In this document: positions 38,185 through 49,690 of the stretch, piece by piece
Layout: each line of letters begins with the position of its first letter
Numbering within the stretch: position 1 is the stretch's first letter
DNA from: Squalus acanthias
Taxonomy: Eukaryota
Assembly: GCA_030390025.1 (NCBI GenBank)
Contig: CM059441.1
Span: 20,770,001-20,834,000 of the forward strand
Direction: 5' to 3'
DNA length: 64,000 nucleotides
The notes under the pieces: model-generated
Databases searched by the model: none
Told to the model about the DNA's origin: nothing
The model's input: the letters and a program-made list of their open reading frames with translations, nothing else
Made by a program: the position numbers and the translations under genes

Positions 38185-38975
38185 AGGATAGCTGGGATGG
38201 TTCTCCTTAGAGCAGAGAAGGTTAAGGAGAGATTTAATAGAGATGTTCAAAATTATTAAGGGTTTTGATAAAGTAGATAGGGAGAAACTGTTTCCAGTGG
38301 CCGGAGGGTCAGTAACCAAAGGACACAGATTTAAGATAATTGGCAAAAGGACCAGAGGGGAGATGAGGAGAATGTTTTTATGCAGCGAGTTGTTGTGATC
38401 TGGAATGCGTTGCCTGAAAGGGCGGTGGAAATAGATTCAATAGTAACTTTCAAAAGGGCGTACCGTGGCTGCAGTGTGTACCATCTACAAGATGCACTGC
38501 AGCAACTCGCCAAGGCTTTTTCAGCAGCACCTCCCAAATCCGCGACCTCTTCCACCTAGAAGGACAAGGGCAGCAGGTGCATGGGAACACCACCACCTCC
38601 AAGTTCCCCTCCAAGTCACACACCATCCTGACTTGAAAGTATATCGCCGATCCTTCATCGTCGCTGGGTCAAAGTCCTGGAACTCCCTCCCTAACAGCAC
38701 TGTGGGAGTACCTTCACCACACGGACTGCAGCGGTTCAAGAGGCGGCTCACCACCACCTTCTCAAGGGCAATTAGGGATGGGCAATAAATGCTGGCCTTG
38801 CCAGCGACTCCCACACCCCATAAATGAATTAAAAATAAAAAAAATAAAAAAATACTTGAAGGGGAATTAAAATTGCAGGGCTATGGGGAAAGAACAGGGG
38901 GAAGTGGGGATAATTGGATAGCTCTTTCAAAGAGCCAGCTTAATGGCTTCCTTCTGCGCTGTATATGATTCTGTG
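38185..38975 (+). mobile_element. CR1 3' end interrupted by a Zenon-like LINE fragment
   Basis: CR1 sequence stops at ~38458 and resumes at ~38851 (AATACTTGAAGGGG). Confidence 0.85.
38457..38850 (+). mobile_element. Zenon-like LINE 3' end with A-rich tail
   Basis: AAVCTIYKMHCSNSPRL...KSWNSLP; same family as 36438-37225. Confidence 0.82.
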
Positions 38976-40139
38976 ATATTAAGGCTGTGATTTTACCCTT
39001 GGCGATGGGTTGGAGTCGGGTTGGCTGTTCGGTGGGTTCCGGTCCCGCTGCCGGTTGCCGTCGCCCCGCAGATGAGATTTTACATTGATTGGCCTCGTTA
39101 CGGCCGACGTGCGGGTCCGTCCAGGCACTTGCTTGCAGAGTGTCAGATGCTCGCGTCTAATGATGCGCTGTTTCTGTAAGGATTTAAAGGGGCCATGTCC
39201 CCTTTGCAGAAGCATTAGCTTTTTTCTGTCAAAGGTGCTGGTTGCTGCAGGATTGGCAGGGCCAAAAACTAAGGCTGCATCCAGGTTCAAAGTTGGTATT
39301 TTTAACTCAGGGCCACCCGATTAGCACCTGATTAACAAAATAAGTGTCAGGCCTCCGAGTTTTGTGTGGTGATCTCTCGCGCCCAATGTCCGCCAGAACT
39401 GCGCTTGATGCCATTTTGTGGATCCTTCTGCCAGATTTGACTTCCTGAGCACTGGATTGGCCCATTTTAATACCAGTCGGGGAAGGCATTATACCAGCAA
39501 AATTTTAAAGGAACCCTCAGCTGCAGTTAGGTAAGTTTCTGGTTGGTCGTCGGAGACTGCTAGTGGGCTTTTACACCTATTTCTAGCTTTGTTGACTGCT
39601 GTATTTGGCTTCAAAAATAGTAACTTTCCCGCTGTAATTGAACTCTGCCTGAATAGAACCTATCGATACCCATCTCCATCTGTTGGTTCCCAAGGAGGGA
39701 AGATGGAATCAGAGGAGGCATGCAGTACAGGCCAACCTAGACATCCTAGAAGCTTGTACTCTGTTATGTAAAGGGCCAGTGGCAGAAAAGCAATCAACCC
39801 TTCTATGTAAGTCAATGAACATGTAATATGCAAGTACCTTGTGTTGGCTTTATGCCTGGTGTTTGTTCCTTGCCACATTTCATGGGTCACAGGGAAGATG
39901 CATTGACGTGGCAGCTATACAGAATGCAATGCTAAAACATAGGCATGCTTGTGCATTTAACCAGTGCGTGAATAGGTGCCAGAATGCCAGTGCGATGCTC
40001 CATCAAGCTTGCAGTGAAGTGCTATTACTACGACTACTTTTGTATGACAAGAGATGTGATTAGCAACCTTCAAATAACCACGTCTAGACTGGCGAACCAG
40101 TGGGCACCTACAGAAGTGACTTGGTATAAGTCTGAGATA

Positions 40140-40700
40140 CCAGTGGCAAGCAATCAAAGCGGGCATTGACTTACAACGTGGTCCATAATTTGCGATTGGT
40201 GTCCACGGTCACATTGTGCGTTGTCCCTCATCTTCTACAAGTGTAAGAAATGACCGCACCTGACGGAAACGGTCCAATACGGACCATTGTTTCTGGGGTA
40301 GGTTGAATCCTGGAAGTTCTTTTATGGGGTTGGCAATCGGGTATTTGTTTGGGACATTCGCATAATCCCAGAACTCTTTCCAGTGGGCCTTTAGGATTGA
40401 ATGAGGAAACTTTAAGAGAGTTAGGCTAATCCCAAAAAGGTTTGTGAGATTTCAGCTGTGTCTTCGGAAGGCTCTGGAGATCCTCCTGAATTGGTATGTC
40501 CAGGCTGGCATGGGGTCGATTGTACTCATGAGTTCTTTGGATTTTGGATGGGGTATATGTGTCATTGTGGGCAACCATTCAATGGGTGTTGCTTTTAATG
40601 TTCCAGTTATGAATCCTATTGTGGCATTAAGCTATGCGCTCAGAGATTTGGTATGTGAGCTGGCCACCCAGAATGATGGGAATAGGGTCACTAAGGGATT
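40140..40700 (-). mobile_element. Decayed Vingi/Ingi-like LINE 3' fragment
   Basis: Minus-strand peptides LNATIGFITGTLKATPIEWLPTMTHIP and LPGFNLPQKQWSVLDRFR resemble the Vingi C-terminal region. Confidence 0.65.
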
Positions 40701-40711
40701 GACAGGATAAT

Positions 40712-42189
40712 ACCACAGGCAGTGATAGAGAGATGGCAGAAATTTTAAATAATTACTTTGCCTCAGTATTTACCAGGGAGATAGAACAGGTGGACATGAC
40801 ATTGGATCATGAGATGAGTAGTGAAATAACTGCATTTAAAATAAAAAGAGGAGATATATTAAGTAAACTAATCAAACTCAAAGAGGAAAAAACACCTGGA
40901 TGGATTACATCCGTGCATTTTAAAAGAATCTAGCGAAGAGATAGCAGCGGCATTACTACACATATTTAATAATTCATTCGAAAAAGGTGTAGTGCCAGAG
41001 GTCTGGTGGATAGCTAACGTAATACCTATTTTTAAGAAGGAGATAGAACATGTGCAGGGAACTATAGACCAGTCAGCTTAACATCGGTGGTAGGAAAAAT
41101 AATGGAATCCTTACTAACAGAGAAAATAGAAGAACATCTAGAAGCCAAAAATATAATAATGAAAAGTCAACATGGATTTCAAAAGGGAAAGTTTTGCTTG
41201 ACCAATCTCATTGAATTTTTTGAAGAGGTAACAGAGAGAATAGACAAGGGTAATGCAGTAGATGTAATTTATCTAGATTTTCAAAGGGCCTTTGATAAGG
41301 TATAACATAATAGACTAATGAATAAGGTCAGAGAATGCAGAGTCAGGGGACAAGTAGCAGAATGGATAGTTAGCTGGCTTCAAGACAGAAAGCAGAGAGT
41401 AGGGGTAAAGGGTAGCTATTCACAGTGGCAGAAGGTGGGAAGTGGTGTTCCACAAGGATCAGTGCTAGGACCACTGTTGTTTACAATTTATATTAATGAT
41501 TTAGACTTTGGAATCAAAAACACAATTTCTAAATTTGCAGATTACACCAAATTGGGAGGGATAGTTAATACTGAGGAGGACAACAAATTACAGGAAGACA
41601 TTAATAAACTTGCAGAATGGGCATATAATTGGCAAATGAAATTCAACACAGATAAATGTGAGGTATTACATTTTGGTAGAAAGAATAGGGAGGTCACTTA
41701 TTACTTGGAGGGTGTGAGTCTGGGTGGGGTAGAGGAGCAAAGGGATCTCAGAGTACAAATACACAAATCACTAAAAGTTGTGACACAGGTTAACTAGGCC
41801 ATAAAAAAAGCAAACCAGGCACTAGGGTTTATTTCTAGAGGGATAGAATTGAAAAGTAGTGAAGTTATGCTAAACTTGTATTGAACCTTGGTTAGCCCAC
41901 ACTTGGAGTACTGCGTACAATTCTGGTCGCCATATTATAAAAAGGACACAGAGGCACTGGAGAGGGTGCAGAGAAGATTTACAAGGATGATACCAGAAAT
42001 GCAAGGGTATACCTATCAGGAAAGGATGAACAGGCTGGGTCTCTTTTTGCTTGAAAAAAGAAGGCTGATGATGACCTAATAGAGGTCTTTAAAATTATAA
42101 AAGATACAGAGAGTGTTTCCACTTGTGGAGAAGAGCATAACTAGAGGTCATCAATTTAAGATAGTCACCAAGAAAACAAATAGGGAATA
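40712..42189 (+). mobile_element. CR1 LINE RT fragment (AT-rich subfamily)
   Basis: ORF pieces 40733-42079: DFQRAFDKV, GVPQGSVLGP, LEYCVQFWSP. Confidence 0.92.
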
Positions 42190-42980
42190 GATCTTTTCCT
42201 TGTGTCACAATGTCATCATCTCAGTCCCCTCATCTAAGTCATTGATATAGATTGTAAATAGCTGAGGTCCAAGCACTGATCTTCACGGCACTCCACTAGT
42301 TATACCCTGCCAACCCGAAAATGACCCATTTATTCCTACTCTCTAATTTCTGTACGTTAGCCAATCCATGCTAATATATTACCCCCAATCCCATGAGCCC
42401 TAAACTTGTGTAACAACCTCTTGTGTGTTACCATATCAAATGCCTTCTGAAAATCCTAATATACTACATCCACTGTTTCCCCCTTATCTACCCTGCTAGT
42501 TGCACCCTCAAAAAACTCTAATAGATTTGTCAAACACGATTTCCCTTTCATAAAACCGCATTGACTCTGCATAATCATATTGTGATTTTCCAAGTGCCCT
42601 TTTACCACGTCCCTAATAATGGATTCCAGCATATTCCCTACTACTGATGTCAGGCTAACTGACCTATAGTTCCCTGTTTTCTCTCTCCCTCCTTTTTTGA
42701 ACAGTGGGGTTACATTTGCTACTTTCCAATCCACAGGGACCGTTCTAGCATCTAGGGAATTCTGGAAGATCACAACCAATGCATCCATTATCTCTGCAGC
42801 CACCTCTTTTAAAACCCTAGGATGTAGGCCATCAGCTTCAGGGGATTTGTCGGCTTTTAGTCCCATTAATTTCTCCAGTACATTTCCTTTTACTAATAGT
42901 AATTACTTTAAAGTTTCTCACTCTCACTAGACACTCGGTTCCCCATTATTTCCAGTATGTTCTTTGTGTCTTCACTCTTT
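42190..42980 (-). mobile_element. CR1 LINE RT fragment, opposite strand
   Basis: ORF 42866-42456: KSP..DGLHPRVLKE, NYRSVSLTSVVG, SCLTNLLEFFE. Confidence 0.92.
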
Positions 42981-43309
42981 CTGATAGATCCTTCCGTTTT
43001 TGTGCTACTCGCCAGAGGTTGTTGCACTTATTACTTGTTAAAAATTGCCGTTTAGTTTTACTTTACTTAATCTTGTGCAATAAGGCTGCTGAACATAATA
43101 GTGCGACGAGTGGAACAGTAACAAACAAGGAGCGATTAAAAAGGTTACGACATTAGGCAGGTGTACGCCATGCTGTAACAGTATGAAGAGGCTTTTCTTA
43201 GCAGCAGATTACTGACGCACCAAACTGCATGGATGCATAAAATGGCTTGAATTATTCGAAACAGAAATTTAAATAAACCTTACAAGACTAGTTAAAGCTG
43301 CATTAAAAT

Positions 43310-43858
43310 GAAAGAAAAAAAAGAAGAAAGACTTCCATTTATGTGGCATCTTTCATGACCTCAGGATGTCCCAAAGTGCTTTACAGCCAATAAAATACTT
43401 TTTGAAGTGCAGTCACTGTTGTAATGTAGGAAACGCGGCAGCCAATTTGCGCACAGCAAGCTCCCACAAGCAGCAATGAGATGAATGACCAGATGATTTG
43501 TTTTAATGGTACTGGTTGAAAAAAAGGGAAGACTTGCATTTCTATAGCACCTTTCACAACCTCATGATGTCCCAAAGCGCTTTACAGCCAATGAAGTACT
43601 TTTGAAGTGTAGTCACTGTTGGAATGTTGAGGGCTAAATATTGGGCAGGACACCGGGGAGAACTCCCCAGCTCCTCTTCAAAATAATGCCATTGGATCTT
43701 TTACATCTACCTGAGAGGGCAGACGGGGCAGCACTCGTTCAGTACTTCACTGGAATATCAGCCGAGATTTTTGTACTCAAGTCTCTGGAATGGGTCTTGA
43801 ACCCACAACCTTCTGACTCAGAGGATAGGGCGCTACCCACTGAGCCACAGCTGACACC
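43310..43858 (-). mobile_element. SacSINE1-like SINE with two 3' tails (nested or duplicated)
   Basis: tRNA head ~43790-43858; tail sequence present at ~43320-43515 and again at ~43525-43625. Confidence 0.8.
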
Positions 43859-44114
43859 AAAGGAAAAGGCCGGGGTGGATTTTCCCATGCCTGGGAGTAT
43901 TGGTATTCCCGGGCACAGCGTATGTAGGAAAATTGGGTAGGGAGCCCATCTGATTATCAGTCCATTTAAATTAACTGCTGATGTTTACAAACTTATAATT
44001 AGACAAACGTTCTGGAAGAAACTTCTGCTAATAATTCTTAATTCTATAAAACTTGCACTAATAGACACAATTGTCATATAGCCACATATGTTCATAGCAA
44101 TTGTTGTTACTTAC

Positions 44115-44154
44115 CTGAGAAGGAGATCATGAAAAGATGAAATGCGAAATCCAT
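44115..44154 (-). CDS. CD300/pIgR-like receptor gene B, exon 1 (signal peptide MDFAFHLFMISFS)
   Basis: ATG at 44154, 40 nt, donor CAG|GTAAGT; phase 1; similar to gene A leader. Confidence 0.85.
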
Positions 44155-45141
44155 ACTTTTATGTTTTCAAACGAATAAGTATCACAAAGAAAGTTGTGGA
44201 ACTGTTCCTATTTTTTCATGTTACTCAGCTTTACTGAGTAATGTGACTGAAAGCAAAGGATATTTCCTCAGATTCTAATTTTTGTTTGTTAAAATTTACA
44301 GGAAGTATATTTTAACGGCTGGGGGAGGGACTAGTGACAACATGAATTATTTTGGTCTTTATTGGAGACTTTTTTACGGGTTTCTTCCAGCTGTTTCAGC
44401 AAGTTACAGAATAGACATCATGGCGAAGGCAATTAGTATGTGTCTAATTTTGGGGTTTTGTCGAACAAAATGGGGTTTAATATGCTAATGTCAATGGAAC
44501 GCCAAATTGCTCTGTCTTTGATAGCTGGCTGGACGATGTGTTAATCAACAGTTACCATAGATAATCCGAAGCACTTGGCCTAGACCCAGGAATCATGATA
44601 TTAAATTAAGTACTTTAAAAAAAAAATGTTTTACCTTGATGTGAAGCTGGAAGGAGCAGGACGCCTGAGGGCCAGTACTGACACCCTCCTGATTGCCGCC
44701 CCTCCCACAACCTACCTGGGGGGTCTACCACCAGCATTGTAGCAGGCCCCACATTCATCCTGTCTTCGCCAGTGAGTTGCCAGGATAAAGTGATAGATGT
44801 TCGCGGCTCTTATTAAAATGAGGCTCTTGGCCCAATATCGATCGGACCTCGGGCCTAGCTATTCCAGCGCAGCGATTGCCAGTTTGTGCCAACAGGCCAC
44901 GTGAACCAATTTCTACTCCAATGTACCTTGTTTGGTTTCTAAAGTGTTCCATAAGGAAGTGCCGAAGTTTCTGTTGCCATTCTGTTGCCTTTTGAGCTTT
45001 ATTCCAGTCACACTGGAGCCTAGTTTTCAAATGAACTTTAATAATCCGCTGCTTGCAACATTCCTCTTGAACTTAAGGCTGATTGTTTGAATGGGAGAGA
45101 GGTCATTATAAGTCAACTCGTCCTTTAAAGAGTGAGTGCCA

Positions 45142-45297
45142 TTTAAAACCTACCTCTTTGACCAAGCTTTTGGCCACCTGGCTTAATATCTCCTTATGTG
45201 GCCCGGTGTCAAATTTTGTTTGATAACGCTGCTGTGAAGCACCTTGGGACATTTTACTGTGTTAAAAGCGCTATATAAATGCAAGTTGCCATTGTTG
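45142..45297 (+). mobile_element. L2 LINE 3'UTR fragment
   Basis: TTAAAACCTACCTCTTTGACCAAGC...GCGCTATATAAATGCAAGTTG. Confidence 0.8.
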
Positions 45298-45426
45298 TCA
45301 TTGTCGCTACCCCATTCAAGAATCAAATAGTCAGCATTAATCGTGACTTTAAAATCATTTGTTAATTTTTGTCTTGCTGATTTTTTTAAAGAGTGCTTGA
45401 ATAGTGATGGCTGCCTACATTGTCAT

Positions 45427-45530
45427 GGGGTAGATTTTAACTTTGTGTGATAGTGTAAAACATGTGACAGTGAATCGGTGGCCCCTTTTACATCGCTCCC
45501 GATTAATCGCACAAAGTCAAAATCCACCCC
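45427..45530. mobile_element. 104-bp MITE
   Basis: TIR GGGGTAGATTTTAACTTTGTG / CACAAAGTCAAAATCCACCCC; flanks CAT/TAT. Confidence 0.8.
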
Positions 45531-46468
45531 TATTAGTCCAATCTGTATTACAGTCAAAATATCAAAGGATCTCATTCATGTTCACTATAGATACAGCGGC
45601 TCCATAAACTTACAGAGCTCTTTCATCTCTCTCACGAAGCATGGGTAAGAACCACCAACTTTTTGCTTTTGTACCACTGCCCTTTAAATTCAGACATTTT
45701 CTTTGAAGGAATCAACTCTGGACCTTCTGAAGCCAAGGCTAGATTAACACGGATGGCCATTTCTATTTCGTACTCTGCAGCCGTGCTTTATCACACCGTG
45801 TTGTATCTGATATTGATGTACTAAATTGGCATCTCTCCTAAAGATGCACTGTACAATGTCTGTTTGGCTATCAAAAGGTGTGCTATCTTCCTTAATTAGG
45901 CTCATTAAATATTATTTTTTGGTTTCAGCACGGTGAGAATTCTTCACATTTTTTTTGCCTCCGTAGCCTGGGATGCAGGTCAGGTGCTGGTGCCGTTCAG
46001 TACAATGTATCTCATCGTGCACTGTTTGTAATCAAAGGAGAAAAGTCTGTTGGACACACTTAAATAACATTAGGGATTTATGTTGCCAGTCAGCATGATT
46101 TAAACGTGAACCAGTTAATTTAAATGAATTGCCAGAGGGCTGTGAATGCTGAGTCTTTGAGTATATTCAAGGCTGAGATAGATAGATTTTTGGACTTGAG
46201 GGGAATCAAGGGATATGGGGATTGGGCAGGAAAGTGGAGTTGAGGCCGAAGATCAGCCATGATCTTATTGAATGGTGGAGCAGGCTCGAAGGGCTGTGTG
46301 GCCTACTCCTGCTCCTATTTCTTATGTTCAAAATAGCTGACTGTAATATATCAGCAGCTGAAGTATGTTATTGTCTCAAGAAGGGTTCTGTATCAGCAAA
46401 AACTGTAGCATGGTACAAGGAATGAAAGAAATAAGGAACTAATAAACGTTATTACTCAGCATCTGTAT

Positions 46469-47040
46469 AGCAACAACAACTTGCATTTTTAATGTAGAGA
46501 AACAACACAAGGCACTTCACAGGAGCGTTATCAGTCAAAGCTTGACACAGATCCCAGGGAAAATCCTTCCATTGTTTAAAACAAGTTCCACTTAAGATAG
46601 ATTCCACAGAACTATCATTGCAATGTTGCTGTTCTATACTTCCTACATCTACAATAAATAATAGTCATTACACCACAGTTACAGAACAAAACATGTTAGC
46701 ATAGTTTCCCCGAGGAAGAAAAGCTACTGTTGAAGATAGCATATGGCTATAAGGAGATATGAGGACAGGTGACCAAAAGCTTGAGTAAAGAGGTAGGTTT
46801 TAGGGAGCATCTTACAGGAGGAGGGAGCGGTGGAGAGGTTTCGGGAGGGAATTCTGGAGCTTAGGGCCTAAATGGCTGAAGGCATGGCCGCCAATGGTGG
46901 GGTGAAGGGAGTGGAGATGGAGGAGCGCAGAGTTCTCGGAGAGTTGTAGGGCTGGGGGAGGTTACAGAGATAAGGAAGGGTGAGGCCATGGAGGGATTTG
47001 AACACAAGGATGAGAATTTTAAATTCGAGGCATTGCCTGA
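46469..47040 (-). mobile_element. L2 LINE 3' end containing a 200-bp copy of neighbouring DNA
   Basis: L2 sequence at 46469-46550 and 46749-47040. Confidence 0.8.
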
Positions 47041-47414
47041 CCGTGGGCCAATTATTTTACTTTTTAAAAAGTGTTTTAAGTGGAAATTAATGCAATGTAC
47101 ATAATTTGAACAGCTATTTTGAAATTGCCTAATTTTGTCATAACAATAATTGTGTGAGTAAATTAATAGATTGCATGCATCCCACATGCAGTTATAACAA
47201 TATGAGTCACTTAACAGATCCCAGGGAAAATCCTTCCATTGTTTAAAACAAGTTCCACTTAAGATAGATTCTACAGAACTATCATAGCAATGTTGCTGTT
47301 CTATACTTCCTACATCTACAATAACTAAGTCATTACACCACAGTTACAGAACAAAACATGTTAGCATGGTTTCCCCCGAGGAAGAAAAGCCACTGTTGAA
47401 GATAGCATATGGCT
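46547..47414 (+). repeat. ~200-bp direct duplication (46547-46748 and 47214-47414)
   Basis: Near-identical blocks from ACAGATCCCAGGGAAAATCC to GATAGCATATGGCT. Confidence 0.95.
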
Positions 47415-47519
47415 GGTTAGGATGGCCTCAACAACAAAAGCTTTCAAACAAATTAAAGCATTTGGTTGCTATGTAATCTAGTTTAGTTATAGGCTATGGA
47501 GTCAAGTTTAAGATCATTG

Positions 47520-47652
47520 TTTCACTTCACCTGACGAAGGAGCAGCGCTCCGAAAGCTTGTGATTTCAAATAAAACTGTTGGACTATAACCTGGTGTTGT
47601 GCGACTTCTCACTTTTGTCCACCCCAGTCCAACACCGGCATCTCCGCATCAT
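47520..47652 (+). mobile_element. Short Penelope-type pLTR remnant of a second family
   Basis: Hammerhead core followed by AATAAA and GTTGGACTATAACCTGGTGTTGT; no ORF. Family assignment is inferred from the ribozyme architecture. Confidence 0.65.
47527..47563 (+). ncRNA. Minimal type I hammerhead ribozyme, second family
   Basis: UCAC-CUGACGA-A-GGAGC(AGC)GCUCC-GAAA-GCU-U-GUGA: all three stems differ in sequence from the first family yet pairing is kept. Confidence 0.85.
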
Positions 47653-47671
47653 TGTTTTACTTGAGCAACCT

Positions 47672-48023
47672 CCTGCTGAAGGTGTGGGTGATGCTGGCAG
47701 GGCTGCATTTATTGTCCATCCCCAGTGGTGGTGGACCTCCTTCATAGCAATTGTTTTATAACTGAGAGGTTTGGTAGGCCCCTACAGAGGGCCTTAGAGT
47801 TATCCACATAGTGTGGGACTGGAGGCACATGTAGGTCAGACTGAGTACAGGTGACAGGATCCCTTGGGTTTTTATGACAGTCTAGCAACTGTCATGGCTA
47901 TTTCCTCTGATGCTAATCCACAACCAACTATTGAACTCCATTTTACAAGTTGCCATGGTGAGATTTGACCTCATGTCCTCTGGGTCATCAGTCCTGTACC
48001 AGAACTACTACACTACTGTGCCC
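47672..48023 (-). mobile_element. Old degenerate copy of the same SINE family
   Basis: Residual matches (GCATTTATTGTCCATCCC, GGGTTTTTATGACA, GAGATTTGACCTCATGTCCTCTGG). Confidence 0.6.
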
Positions 48024-48174
48024 ATTAGACTTAATATTTACACTATAAAACCGATGTGTTCCTTTTGAGAGTTACAGAAATGATCGGTGTTATACTTATC
48101 TTACATTAAGTGCAATGTGAGTGAAGTGCCTTGTCATGAGTCATTAGGTATTGCTGATTAAGAAGACATGGAAT

Positions 48175-48590
48175 TACATAGAAATCACGAAATGGAAAAA
48201 GATTGTACGGCCAATTAATCCGTGTTGTTGTATATCCTCCACACAAGCAGTAGTCCTAATCTCATGTACCTGCCCTGTCTCCAAATCTCTTTATTCCCTT
48301 TTCCTTCAACCACCTATCTAAACTATTCTTAAATGTTGACATTGTCTCCGCTTCAATCACTAACTCAGGTAATGCATTTCACAGCCTCACGATCCTCTGT
48401 GTAAAAATGTTTCTCCTGCTCTCTGTCCTAAATCTCTTATATTTAGTCTCATCTATGTATTATTCTAGACCTTTCATTTGCTGGAAACAGTTTCTATCTA
48501 CTATCTACTCCGTCCTCTCCCTTCATAACTTTAAACACCTTTATCAAATCACCCCTTGATTTCCTCTGTTCTAATGAAAACAGCCCCCAT
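48175..48590 (-). mobile_element. Old CR1 3' end
   Basis: Degenerate match to CR1 C-terminus/3'UTR on the minus strand. Confidence 0.65.
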
Positions 48591-48679
48591 TCAGAGGAAA
48601 GCTAAAAAAAGACAAATATAATAAAGTAGTTGAAAATAGAAAGAAGATATTGAAGAATAAGCTTAAATGCTCATACTTA

Positions 48680-49082
48680 AACGTCCACTCCCTCCACCAT
48701 CAGCGTACCATGGCTACAGTGTATACTATCCACAGGGTGAACTGCAGCAACTCGCCAAGGATTCTTTGACAGCACCTCCCAAACTCTCGACCTCCAGCCC
48801 TAGAAGGACAAGGGCAGCAGGTGCATAGGAATACCATCACTTCTATGTTCCCCTCCAAGTAACACACTATCCCGACTTGGGCATATATCATCATTCCTTC
48901 ATCATTGCTGGGTCAAAAATCTGGAACTCCCTCCCGAACAGCACTGTGGGAGTACCTTCACCACACGGACTGCAGCGGATCAAGAAGACAGCTCACCACC
49001 ACCTTCTTAAGGGCAACTAGGGATGAGCAATAAATGCTGGCCTGGCCAGCGACACCCATCAACCGAGAACTAATTTTCAAAA
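48680..49082 (+). mobile_element. Zenon-like LINE 3' end
   Basis: Colinear with 38457-38830. Confidence 0.8.
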
Positions 49083-49094
49083 ATACTAATGCAA

Positions 49095-49690
49095 GGAATA
49101 TTAAGCTCCTTAACTGTATAAAACACTAGTTAGGCCGCAGCTAGAATACTGCGTGCAGTTCTAGTCACCGCATTACAGGAAGGATGTGATTGCACTAGAG
49201 GGGGTGCAGAGGAGATTTACGAGGATGTTGCCTGGGCTGGGGAATTTTAGCTACGAGGAAAGATTGGATAGGCTGGGGTTGTTTTCTTTGGAACAGAGGA
49301 GGCTGAGGGGAGACCTAATTGAGGTGTATAAAATTATGAGGGGCCAAGATAGAGTGGATAGGAAGGACCTATTTCCCTTAGCAGAGGGGTCAATAACCAG
49401 GGGGCATAGATTTAAAGTAATTTGTCTGAGGTTTAGAGGGGATTTGAGGAGAAATGTTTTCACCCAGAGGGTGGTGGGGGTCTGGAACTCACTGCCTGAA
49501 AGGGTGGTAGAGGCAGAAACCCTCATCACATTTAAAAAGTACTTGGATATGCACTTGAAGTGCCGTAACCTACAAGGCTACGGACCAAGTGCTGGAAAGT
49601 GGGATTCGGGTGGATAGCTCTTTGTTGGCCGGCACGGACAAGATGGGCCGAATGGCCTCCTTCTGTGCTGTAAATTTCTATGATTCTATG
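49095..49690 (+). mobile_element. CR1 3' fragment
   Basis: ORF 49186-49617 and TTCTATGA tail. Confidence 0.92.
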
